From a virus: a stretch of DNA of 64,000 nucleotides. Positions 11,963 through 20,637 of the stretch are shown here, piece by piece. Each line of letters starts with the position of its first letter. Position 1 is the stretch's first letter. Position numbers and translations under genes: made by a program. The stretch lies in the IMG/VR virus record IMGVR_UViG_3300034121_001395. One strand, written 5' to 3'. The notes beneath the pieces were generated by a model. That model ran no database searches. It was not told the origin of the DNA and saw only the letters and a list, made by a program, of their open reading frames with translations.

Positions 11963-13552
11963 ATGGAAAATACAATAATTGAAAACACAGAAGATGTCGT
12001 CATTGAAGACATCAACGAAGAAACATTACTTTCTCTTGACGAAACCTTAGAGCTTGATCAGGAACAAACTGAGATCGCTGAAGGCAAGTGTAAGAAAGAG
12101 GGAGAAGACATGGAAGATGAAGAAGAGTCTGATGAAGACGAAAAAGAGGATGAAGAAGAGTGTGAAGATGACGAAGAAGAAATGACTGAAGCTAAAAAGA
12201 TGACTGAAGCTATAAATGCATCACGTAAAAAACAAATTTATGCTATTGCAAAGAAATTAGGAATAACTGAAGACGAAGTCAATAAACTCATAATTAAAAG
12301 CATAAAAGTCTATGGCGCTGCTGGAAGTGACTGGGGATGGATACGTTTACATCATATTCTGGAGTTTATACGTGATGAAGCAACAGGTAATACACAAAAA
12401 AAATTAATTAGTCTTGCTAAATCAGGAGACTTTAAGAAGCTTGATAAAGAAGCTAGTGATGGTTATGATCCAGAAATAGATGATTTAGAATATCATTATG
12501 AAGCTAAAAAGATGACTGAAGCTGAAGTAAGCTCTGATGAAGAGTTTACCTCATACGCTAAGGGTATTCTTAAGGCTGCTCATGGAGACAACTATGATGA
12601 AACCAAGGCAATGGCCGCAATTGAAGGCATCCTTAAAAAGGCTGATGGAGATTATGGTTCAGCAATTGGTATGCTTACAAGTGGTCTTGGCGAAGAAATG
12701 GAAGACGAAAAAGAAGTTGAGATGAAAGAATCAGAAGAAGTTATTGAAGAAAACACAATCTCAATTGATATATCTGACATTACTCGTCTCGTTGAAAGTG
12801 AAACAGGATTGACTGAAGAGTTTAAAGAAAAAGCTACTACAATCTTTGAAGCTGCTGTTAAGAGCAAGATCAAAGAAACTGAAGAAACTCTTAAAGAAAG
12901 CTATGCAGTCGCTCTTATTGAAGAAGTAGAAACAATTAAAAACGAACTCGTTGAAAAGATTGACAACTATCTTACCTATGCAGTTGAAAGCTGGGTAGAA
13001 GATAACGAGGTTGCAATCGAAGGCGGACTTCGTACACAAATTGCTGAAAACTTTATTCAATCACTCAAGACAGTATTTGTTGAAAACTATATTGAAGTGC
13101 CTGAATCCAAGAAGGATTTGGTCGCTGAGATGGAAACTTCAATCGCTCAACTTCAAACTGAGTCTTCAGAATTGGAAAACACAGTGCTTGCCCTCAACGA
13201 AAAGGTTAATAGCCTTACTCGTGAAAAGGTAATCTCTGAGTCTACAACAGATCTTGCTGATACCCAAGTTGAAAAACTCAAGTCATTACTTGAAGATATC
13301 GAATGCACATCAGAAACATCATTTCGCAAGAAGGTAGCTACCATCAAGGAATTTTACCTTAATGGCGCTGCAGTCGAAGAAACAGAAACATTGGTTGAAG
13401 AAAATGCCAATGAATCTTCCTATATAACAACCGAAACAGTTATAGAAAATGAAACAATTGCAGAAGAAACAGTTTCGCCTGCAATGCAAAAATACTTGAC
13501 CGCATTATCACGTCTGAACAAGGCAAATGAAGCCACTGTTCCAGTACGTTGA
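11963..13552 (+). CDS. gp22: Prohead core scaffolding protein with inserted N-terminal modules
   Basis: EEFKEKATTIFEAAV, DNYLTYAVESW, FVENYIEVPESK; lies between gp21 and gp23. Confidence 0.92.
   Translation: MENTIIENTEDVVIEDINEETLLSLDETLELDQEQTEIAEGKCKKEGEDMEDEEESDEDEKEDEEECEDDEEEMTEAKKMTEAINASRKKQIYAIAKKLGITEDEVNKLIIKSIKVYGAAGSDWGWIRLHHILEFIRDEATGNTQKKLISLAKSGDFKKLDKEASDGYDPEIDDLEYHYEAKKMTEAEVSSDEEFTSYAKGILKAAHGDNYDETKAMAAIEGILKKADGDYGSAIGMLTSGLGEEMEDEKEVEMKESEEVIEENTISIDISDITRLVESETGLTEEFKEKATTIFEAAVKSKIKETEETLKESYAVALIEEVETIKNELVEKIDNYLTYAVESWVEDNEVAIEGGLRTQIAENFIQSLKTVFVENYIEVPESKKDLVAEMETSIAQLQTESSELENTVLALNEKVNSLTREKVISESTTDLADTQVEKLKSLLEDIECTSETSFRKKVATIKEFYLNGAAVEETETLVEENANESSYITTETVIENETIAEETVSPAMQKYLTALSRLNKANEATVPVR
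12187..12523 (+). repeat. 25-bp direct repeat TGAAGCTAAAAAGATGACTGAAGCT (12187-12211 and 12499-12523), 312 bp apart
   Basis: Two exact copies, both encoding EAKKMTEA in frame. Confidence 0.95.
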
Positions 13553-13602
13553 TAAAGGTTCCAACCCCAAACAACAACAAACAATAAAGAAAAAATACTA
13601 TT

Positions 13603-14895
13603 ATGTTTAATTCAGAAACACTAGAAAAAAAGTGGGCCCCAATTCTTGAGGCTCAAGACGCCCCTAAGTTCAAGGACAACTATCGTAAGTCAATTACTGC
13701 AGTTCTTCTCGAAAACCAAGAAAAAGCACTTAAGGAAGAAAATGCACAAGCTGCATATCTTGCTGAAGGCAACTCAATCGGTGACGGTACCGGTGCAGTT
13801 AAGACCTGGGATCCAGTTCTTATCAGCCTTGTTCGTCGTGCGATGCCAAACATCGTTGCTTATGATATCGCTGGTGTTCAGCCAATGACCATGCCAACTG
13901 GCTTGATCTTCGCTATGCGCAGTCAATATCAAAATGCAGCTGGTGTAAATACTGCTGAAGCTCTCTTCAATAAGCCAGACACCGCATTCGGTGGTCCAGT
14001 TACTACTGCACAAGGTGAAGCTCTCACTGGCAATGGTACAAATGGTAGCTATGTTGATCCAGATCCAGCTGTTGGTACTGTTCAAATTGGTCGTACAGCT
14101 GCTGCTGGTGGCTTTGGTCAAATGGGATTCACCGTTGACAAAACAACCGTTACTGCTAAGACACGCGCTCTTAAGGCTGAATATTCAATGGAACTTGCTC
14201 AAGACCTCAAGGCTGTTCACGGCCTCGATGCAGAAGCAGAACTTGCAAACATCCTCAGCACTGAGATTCTTGCAGAAATCAACCGTGAAGTTATCGATAC
14301 CGTTAACGCAAAAGCACAAGTTGCTGGCATCAATGGTACTTTCGATCTTGACCAAGATGCTGATGGTCGTTGGGCTGTTGAGAAGTTCAAGTCACTTCTT
14401 TTCCAAATTGAAGTTGAAGCTAACGCAGTTGCTAAGGCAACACGCCGTGGTAAGGCAAACTTTGTACTTTGCAGCAGCAATGTTGCAAGTGCTCTTGCTG
14501 CAGCTGGTGTGCTTGACTATGCTCCAGCTCTTGCAACCAACCTCAATGTTGACGACACTGGCAATGTATTCGCTGGTATGGTAAATGGCCGCCTCAAGGT
14601 GTTCATCGACCCATTCGCATCCGAAGACTATGTAACTGTTGGCTATCGCGGTACAAATGCATACGACGCAGGTATGTTCTATTGCCCATACGTTCCACTC
14701 ACAATGGTTCGTGCAGTTGATCCAGACACATTCCAACCAAAGATTGGCTTCAAGACACGTTATGGTCTCGTTGCTAACCCATTTGCTGGTAACCCAACAG
14801 CTAACGGCGGTACAGGTGCTAATGCAGCTAACCCATACTTCCGTAAGTTCACAGTAACTGGTATCGGTGGTTCTACTTACACTAACGCAGCATAA
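13603..14895 (+). CDS. gp23: Major capsid protein
   Basis: KWAPILE, DPVLISLVRR, GVQPMTMPTGLIFAMR, YCPYVPL, FQPKIGFKTRYG. Confidence 0.98.
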   Translation: MFNSETLEKKWAPILEAQDAPKFKDNYRKSITAVLLENQEKALKEENAQAAYLAEGNSIGDGTGAVKTWDPVLISLVRRAMPNIVAYDIAGVQPMTMPTGLIFAMRSQYQNAAGVNTAEALFNKPDTAFGGPVTTAQGEALTGNGTNGSYVDPDPAVGTVQIGRTAAAGGFGQMGFTVDKTTVTAKTRALKAEYSMELAQDLKAVHGLDAEAELANILSTEILAEINREVIDTVNAKAQVAGINGTFDLDQDADGRWAVEKFKSLLFQIEVEANAVAKATRRGKANFVLCSSNVASALAAAGVLDYAPALATNLNVDDTGNVFAGMVNGRLKVFIDPFASEDYVTVGYRGTNAYDAGMFYCPYVPLTMVRAVDPDTFQPKIGFKTRYGLVANPFAGNPTANGGTGANAANPYFRKFTVTGIGGSTYTNAA

Positions 14896-14925
14896 TTTGT
14901 TGCAATAGGTAATAACCTTAAAATT

Positions 14926-14956
14926 AGAGGCTATCCGAAAGGATAGCCTCTTTTTT
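14926..14956 (+). terminator. Rho-independent terminator after gp23
   Basis: AGAGGCTATCC-GAAA-GGATAGCCTCT followed by a T tract. Confidence 0.92.
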
Positions 14957-14970
14957 GCATAAATACTATT

Positions 14971-15426
14971 ATGATAGATTCAAATTTATTAGCGTTAACT
15001 GGATTCAAACTCTACATACATGCTGAAAATTTTAAGCATACCCAATATTTTGCGGTAAGTGCAAGTTTTCCTGCTGTGTCATTACCAGAGGTAACTACTG
15101 GATTTCGAAACTTACAAGGGTTTGTTCCAGGCGATAAGTTGGCATATGATCCATTAACTGTACGCATTGCAATAGATGAAAGTTTAGAGTCATATCGAGA
15201 GATTTTTAATTGGATCTATGCTAATACATCATCTGATGCACCTGTTAACTATGATATGTCATTACACTTTTTAACAAATCATAATAATATATCACGTAGC
15301 GTACGTTTTGCAAATGCTTTTCCAACAAATATTGGTGGGATTGAATTTAGCGTACAACAAACTGATTCAGAATATGCCTATGTAGATGTTACTTTTAGAT
15401 ATGACTATTTTGAATTTATAGAGTGA
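14971..15426 (+). CDS. gp3: Tail completion / tube terminator protein
   Basis: PGDKLAYDPL, YREIFNWI, FANAFPTNIGG, VTFRYDYF; position after gp23. Confidence 0.8.
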   Translation: MIDSNLLALTGFKLYIHAENFKHTQYFAVSASFPAVSLPEVTTGFRNLQGFVPGDKLAYDPLTVRIAIDESLESYREIFNWIYANTSSDAPVNYDMSLHFLTNHNNISRSVRFANAFPTNIGGIEFSVQQTDSEYAYVDVTFRYDYFEFIE

Positions 15427-15442
15427 TATAGATATATAATAT

Positions 15443-15892
15443 ATGATGCAACTTGAAGATATACTTAAATTATGGGAAACTGACAGCGTTATTGATGAGA
15501 TTAATTTAGATGAAACAAGTGTCAAAAGCGCGAGTCTCCATTCTAAATATCTAGAACTTTATAGCATTGCAAAGTTAAATCTCAAAAAGAAAGAGCTCTC
15601 TATGGCTCATTTACGCAAAGATAAGTGGTTGTACTATAATGGTAAGATGACTAAAGATGAAATGGATGCCAAAGGATGGCAATATGATCCATTCTCTGGT
15701 ATGAGCAAACCACTTAAAAGTGATATGGAGTTATTTTACACTACAGACTCTGATATTATGAAACTTCAAGGACAAATAGAATATCAATCTACAATTGTTG
15801 AAGCTCTTAAAGATATTATGGACAATATAAAGTGGAGACAGTCTACAATTAAAAATATTATAGATTGGAAGCGATTTACGTCAGGCGTTTGA
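15443..15892 (+). CDS. uvsY: Recombination mediator
   Basis: LHSKYL, KWLYYNGK, IKNIIDWKRF. Confidence 0.9.
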   Translation: MMQLEDILKLWETDSVIDEINLDETSVKSASLHSKYLELYSIAKLNLKKKELSMAHLRKDKWLYYNGKMTKDEMDAKGWQYDPFSGMSKPLKSDMELFYTTDSDIMKLQGQIEYQSTIVEALKDIMDNIKWRQSTIKNIIDWKRFTSGV

Positions 15893-16644
15893 TGACAAAC
15901 CTAGGCATAACTAAAGTTGACGAAACTTCATTGAGAATAGTCTCTAATGATTCTGGAATTCTTATGGAGCTTTCAGAACATTTTACTTTTTTTGCTGAAG
16001 GATATAAGTTTATGCCGCTGTATCGAAATAAGATGTGGGACGGCAAGGTGCGTCTCTATGATTCGCGTACTGGTCGCTTGCCATATGGACTGTTGTTTGA
16101 AGTGTTAAAGTTTGCAAACTCTCATGGTTATAGTTATGAATTGCATCCTAGCATAACTGAACGAGATGTACCAACATCACAGTCATTGTTAGATTATGCA
16201 AATAGTTTACATATTACAGGTGGTGAAACACGGATAACACCACGAGACTATCAACTTGAAGCATATGTACATGCTTGCACTGAAGGACGCAGTCTTGTAA
16301 TATCTCCTACAGGTTCTGGAAAAAGTTTAATTATCTACTTATGTGTTCGTTGGTTTTTAGAACATTATGACCAAAAGGTATTGATTGTAGTGCCTACAAC
16401 ATCACTCGTTCACCAAATGACAAAAGATTTTGAAGAGTATTCTAAATCTGATGATACATTTAATGTTGAAGATAGTGTATCTATGATAATGAGCGGATAT
16501 GATAAAAATCCCCAAAAAAATAAAATTAAATTGACTATGGAAGATGGATCAATACAGTCGTATTTTCCAAATGATATAGTAAATACTAGTAATAGAGGTA
16601 AAATTAAAGCTGGTGATTTAACTTTAAAAGATGACATAGTATAA
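15892..16644 (+). CDS. uvsW: UvsW helicase N-half with a C-terminal Hint-lobe-like tail (about 16519-16641)
   Basis: YRNKMWDGKVRL, PRDYQ, Walker A SPTGSGKS, IVVPTTSLV; then non-UvsW tail KIKLTMEDGS...KAGDLTLKDDIV. Confidence 0.92.
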   Translation: MTNLGITKVDETSLRIVSNDSGILMELSEHFTFFAEGYKFMPLYRNKMWDGKVRLYDSRTGRLPYGLLFEVLKFANSHGYSYELHPSITERDVPTSQSLLDYANSLHITGGETRITPRDYQLEAYVHACTEGRSLVISPTGSGKSLIIYLCVRWFLEHYDQKVLIVVPTTSLVHQMTKDFEEYSKSDDTFNVEDSVSMIMSGYDKNPQKNKIKLTMEDGSIQSYFPNDIVNTSNRGKIKAGDLTLKDDIV

Positions 16645-16672
16645 ATATACCTATAACAACCTTTGTAGGTAT
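16640..16672 (+). promoter_or_regulatory. Late promoter plus hairpin sequestering the HNH gene start codon
   Basis: TATAAATA at 16640-16647; ATACCTATAA (16647-16656) pairs with TTGTAGGTAT (16663-16672, one G-U), covering the AT of the ATG at 16671. Confidence 0.75.
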
Positions 16673-17501
16673 GAATTACTTTTTAAATGAACTTAATAAT
16701 CTTGCGATAAGCAATAAATATACAAAATGGTATAATGCCTTAATCAATCGCGCTATATCTAGGAATATATTAGATAATCCTATTGAAAACCACCATATAT
16801 TTCCAGTTTCGTTTAATCGTGATTGGAAAAATAAAAATGATAACAAAGTAGTTCTTACGATTCGGGAACATTTTATTTGTCATTTACTTTTAACAAAGAT
16901 GTTTTTTGGAGAAAATAGGTTAAAAATGGTTAGAGCGATGTTCTTTCTAAATCGCAGAAATAAATCTAAATCTTCAAGACAATATCTTGATTATAAATTG
17001 ATTTGGATAGATCATATGCAGAAAAATAATCCATTATTTGATGATAATACCAAACAGAAAATTAGTAAGGCTTTAAGTGGGAGAACTAAAGAAACTCATG
17101 ATTATATTAGAATCGCTAATATAAAAAAATCACAATATACTGCTGAGAATTCACAATGGCTACGAGATTCGCGAAATAAATTCAATGAAACTATTGCTAA
17201 GATGACAAAAGAAGAGCGGAAACAGAAATTTGGACATGAATGGTCTGATGAAGTTAGAAAAAAGTTTAGTTTAGAACGAACTGGTCAAACAAAGGAAAAT
17301 TCAGATCGTGTTCGCAAAATGTCGAAAACTAAAATAAAAAATAATTCCTTATTAAGCGCTGAAGAACGTAAAGCCAAACATTCTACTACTACAGGAATGA
17401 AATGGTATCATAATGATGAATTACGAATTTCAAAGTTAATGTTTCCTATTATAGATAATAATGAATGGGTGTTAGGCAGAAAAAAATATGAAAATATCTA
17501 A
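16671..17501 (+). CDS. Free-standing HNH homing endonuclease (MobE-like) between the uvsW halves
   Basis: ENHHIFP...VLTIREHFICHLLLTKM; C-terminal KWYHN...WVLGR. Confidence 0.85.
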   Translation: MNYFLNELNNLAISNKYTKWYNALINRAISRNILDNPIENHHIFPVSFNRDWKNKNDNKVVLTIREHFICHLLLTKMFFGENRLKMVRAMFFLNRRNKSKSSRQYLDYKLIWIDHMQKNNPLFDDNTKQKISKALSGRTKETHDYIRIANIKKSQYTAENSQWLRDSRNKFNETIAKMTKEERKQKFGHEWSDEVRKKFSLERTGQTKENSDRVRKMSKTKIKNNSLLSAEERKAKHSTTTGMKWYHNDELRISKLMFPIIDNNEWVLGRKKYENI

Positions 17502-18399
17502 AATTGATATCATTGAAACTCCATCGCCTGTTATTATTACTACATGGCAAAGCGCAATCACATTACAAAAATCATGGTTTCAAAGCTATGGTATGGTTAT
17601 AGGAGATGAAGCTCATCTCTTCAAAGCAAAAAGTTTAAATACGATTATGTCTGCATGTGTTAATGCATGTTATCGCATAGGCACTACTGGCACTCTTGAT
17701 GGCAGTCTTTGTAATGAACGAGTGCTTGTTGGTAATTTTGGTCCAACACATCGAGTAATTACAACAAAAGAGCTTATTGATAACGATACTCTTGCTGCAT
17801 TAAAAATTAAATGTATTGTATGCAACCACAGTGATGAACTTAAAAAGGTAATCTCTAAAGCAGACTATCAAACTGAGATAGATGCAATTGTGACTCATGC
17901 TGGTCGAAACTCTTTTATAGCAAACCTTGCGCTCGATCAAAAGGGCAATACACTCGTACTCTTTAATCTAGTTCAGAAACATGGCAAACCTCTTTTTGAA
18001 CTTATAAGTAGTATTAATAGTGATTCTAATAGACATATATTCTATGTGTCTGGAGAAGTAGACGCAACAAACCGAGAACACATACGTGAATTAACTGAAA
18101 CACAAAACAATGCAATTATTGTGGCGAGTGTTGGTACGTTTAGTACAGGAATCAATATCAAAAATCTGCACCAGATTATATTTGCTGCGCCAACAAAGAG
18201 TCAAATACGTGTATTGCAAAGCATTGGTCGAGGACTACGAAAATCTGATGATGGTCGACCAACAACAGTCTATGACATATCAGACAACTTCTCATGGAAA
18301 AAGAAAAAGAATTATACGCTGCAACACGCAATAGAGCGTACCAAAATGTATGCAAAGGAAGGGTTTAACTATAAACTATATGAAATACCACTGCAATGA
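17488..18399 (+). CDS. uvsW: UvsW helicase C-half with an IntC-like first strand (MKISKIDIIE)
   Basis: VIITTWQS, Walker B GDEAH, GTTGTL, FSTGINIKNL, LQSIGRGLR. Confidence 0.92.
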   Translation: MKISKIDIIETPSPVIITTWQSAITLQKSWFQSYGMVIGDEAHLFKAKSLNTIMSACVNACYRIGTTGTLDGSLCNERVLVGNFGPTHRVITTKELIDNDTLAALKIKCIVCNHSDELKKVISKADYQTEIDAIVTHAGRNSFIANLALDQKGNTLVLFNLVQKHGKPLFELISSINSDSNRHIFYVSGEVDATNREHIRELTETQNNAIIVASVGTFSTGINIKNLHQIIFAAPTKSQIRVLQSIGRGLRKSDDGRPTTVYDISDNFSWKKKKNYTLQHAIERTKMYAKEGFNYKLYEIPLQ

Positions 18400-18857
18400 T
18401 TGATGGCTTATATTCAAAAGTAAAAGATCTTGACATACGGGTCTTTACATTGTCGAGTGGTAAAGTCCTTATAGGAGAAGTTGTGCATGCCTATGAAGAT
18501 GGCATACAGTTAAATTATCCACTAGAAATAAGAAAAGCACTTGTAAAGTCTGGAGTCTATACCCAAGTAATGCTACCACTTGTGGCTGGCAATGACAGCG
18601 AAAATTGTATTGTCTATGATCGTAGTATTGAAACAGAATCTGATACATCTGATGAGGTTAAACGTAAATATACAGAAGCACTTATATATCAGAGACTACT
18701 TCATTTGATATCCAATTCTTCTAAAGAAACAGATGAGAATGAATTGGATGAATCAGAAGATTTAAATTATCCCATTCCTGAAATTGATCCACCAGAAGAA
18801 TCACAGTCTGACGAAGAATTATGGAATATTTTCTTAGATCGTTGGAAGAATGTATGA
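18396..18857 (+). CDS. Hypothetical protein (possible Sm-like fold), typical position before gp55
   Basis: FTLSSGKVLIGEV N-terminus; synteny only. Confidence 0.5.
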   Translation: MIDGLYSKVKDLDIRVFTLSSGKVLIGEVVHAYEDGIQLNYPLEIRKALVKSGVYTQVMLPLVAGNDSENCIVYDRSIETESDTSDEVKRKYTEALIYQRLLHLISNSSKETDENELDESEDLNYPIPEIDPPEESQSDEELWNIFLDRWKNV

Positions 18858-18973
18858 TGACTATCAAACAATCATAGATTATTATACACTCTTTTATAAT
18901 CTATGTAAATAACAAAATTCACATAGATGTAAAAAAGTATTTACATTTGCAAAATATAGTATATAATGAAGCT

Positions 18974-19576
18974 ATGAAAACTGAAAAGACAAAACGAAAA
19001 TCACGCGGTGATGACTATGTCAACAATAAAGATTTCTCTACTGCTGTTGTTGAGTATGTAAGTGCAGTTACAGAGGATAAAGCAAGTGGTCGAGAACCTC
19101 GACAAATTACCAACTATATTGGTGAATGCTTTATGAAGATTGCAAACGGGCTGTCACGCAGCCCAAACTTTATGAATTATAGTTATCGTGAAGACATGGT
19201 TATGGATGCAGTAGAAAATTGCATCAAAGCAATTATGAATTATGACATCAACAAGCCAACGCGTACTGGCAATCCAAATGCATTCTCATATTTTACACAA
19301 ATTTCATGGTATGCGTTTTTACGTCGTATTGCAAAAGAAAAGAAGCAGGCTGATATCAAGCAACTACTAATCGAAAAAGGTGGCATTGGAAACTTTGCTG
19401 AGTTTGAAGACGATTCAGACTATGGTGAGTCACTTGTCGAAAAGATGCGCCAGCGTAATGACGCTTTTTACAAAGAAAGTAACGAAGTTGCTGAGACAAG
19501 TGAAAAGCCTCGAGCACAAAAAAAAGTCAAAGAAGAATCACAAAAGATTGGTGCTCTTGACAGTTTTATCTCATGA
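18974..19576 (+). CDS. gp55: Late-transcription sigma factor
   Basis: YVNNKDF, YIGECFMKIA, NFMNYSYREDMVMD, NAFSYFTQI, AFLRRIAKEKKQ. Confidence 0.95.
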   Translation: MKTEKTKRKSRGDDYVNNKDFSTAVVEYVSAVTEDKASGREPRQITNYIGECFMKIANGLSRSPNFMNYSYREDMVMDAVENCIKAIMNYDINKPTRTGNPNAFSYFTQISWYAFLRRIAKEKKQADIKQLLIEKGGIGNFAEFEDDSDYGESLVEKMRQRNDAFYKESNEVAETSEKPRAQKKVKEESQKIGALDSFIS

Positions 19577-20637
19577 AAATAGCAATACTCACTGACACTC
19601 ATGCCGGTGTCAAAAATGGTAGTGATGTCTTTATAGACTACACTGAGCGGTTCTATTCTGAAGTCTTTTTTCCGACCTGTCAGACACAGGGCATTACTCA
19701 GATACTTCATCTCGGTGATTACTTTGATCATCGTAAATATCTTAACTATAAGGTGTTAGCACGTAACCGAGCCATGTTTCTTGACAAACTTGAAGAATAC
19801 GGTATGACTATGGATATTATTCCTGGCAACCATGACACATTTTTTAGAAATACAAATTCACTTTGTAGCCTTACTGAGTTATTGCAGTATCATAGTAAGA
19901 ATGTGAATGTGATTATGTCCCCTACTGTGCGAGACTATGATGGCCTCTCAGTTGCGTTGCTGCCATGGATTACGCCTGAAAATTATGCAGAGTCATGTGA
20001 TTTTATTGAAAAAGCGAATGCACCAATAATTGGAGCTCACTTGGAACTTGCCGGATTTGAGATGATGAAGGGTGCTCCAGCAGTCAGTCATGGCATGTCA
20101 GCAGATTTGTTCTCTCGATATGAGATGGTACTATCTGGACACTATCACACAAAGAGCAGTCGTGGCAACATTCATTATCTTGGTGTGCCATATGAAATTA
20201 CTTGGGCAGACTGCAATGACCCCAAATACTTTCATATATTAGACACAAACACCCGTGAACTTTCAGAGATTCGCAACCCGCTTTCACTCTTTAAAAGATT
20301 GACCTATGACGACACCCTTGGTCCTGTCACCCTAGTTGAACCAAGTGAAGTCTCTGGAACATATATAAAGGTAGTTGTAACAGCTAAAAAAGATCCATAT
20401 TCATTTGATAAGTATATTGATTCTATAAACGCTGGTGAGCCATTTGATCTAAAAATCGTTGAATCATTTGTAGAATATTCTGCTGACTCTATAGATGATG
20501 ACTGCATTGAGGTGTCTGATACTCCTTCACTCTTGAATAGTTATGTTGATGCAATTGAAACCGATCTCGATAAGACTCGTATAAAAACTAAACTTCAAGA
20601 ACTCTATCTTGAATCTCAACTAATTGATGGCATATGA
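19573..20637 (+). CDS. gp47: Recombination endonuclease subunit (Mre11/SbcD-like)
   Basis: TDTHAG, HLGDYFD, PGNHD, SGHYH. Confidence 0.95.
   Translation: MKIAILTDTHAGVKNGSDVFIDYTERFYSEVFFPTCQTQGITQILHLGDYFDHRKYLNYKVLARNRAMFLDKLEEYGMTMDIIPGNHDTFFRNTNSLCSLTELLQYHSKNVNVIMSPTVRDYDGLSVALLPWITPENYAESCDFIEKANAPIIGAHLELAGFEMMKGAPAVSHGMSADLFSRYEMVLSGHYHTKSSRGNIHYLGVPYEITWADCNDPKYFHILDTNTRELSEIRNPLSLFKRLTYDDTLGPVTLVEPSEVSGTYIKVVVTAKKDPYSFDKYIDSINAGEPFDLKIVESFVEYSADSIDDDCIEVSDTPSLLNSYVDAIETDLDKTRIKTKLQELYLESQLIDGI

Noticed and set aside
16519-17517. Functional split intein in uvsW
   Set aside because: No block A nucleophile, no block B His, no block F and no terminal Asn before Cys/Ser/Thr.
16500-17520. 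Group I intron or translational bypass explaining the uvsW split
   Set aside because: Only 26 non-coding bases lie between uvsW-N and the HNH gene, and uvsW-C overlaps the HNH end, leaving no room for a ribozyme core; the gap is far longer than a gene-60-type bypass.
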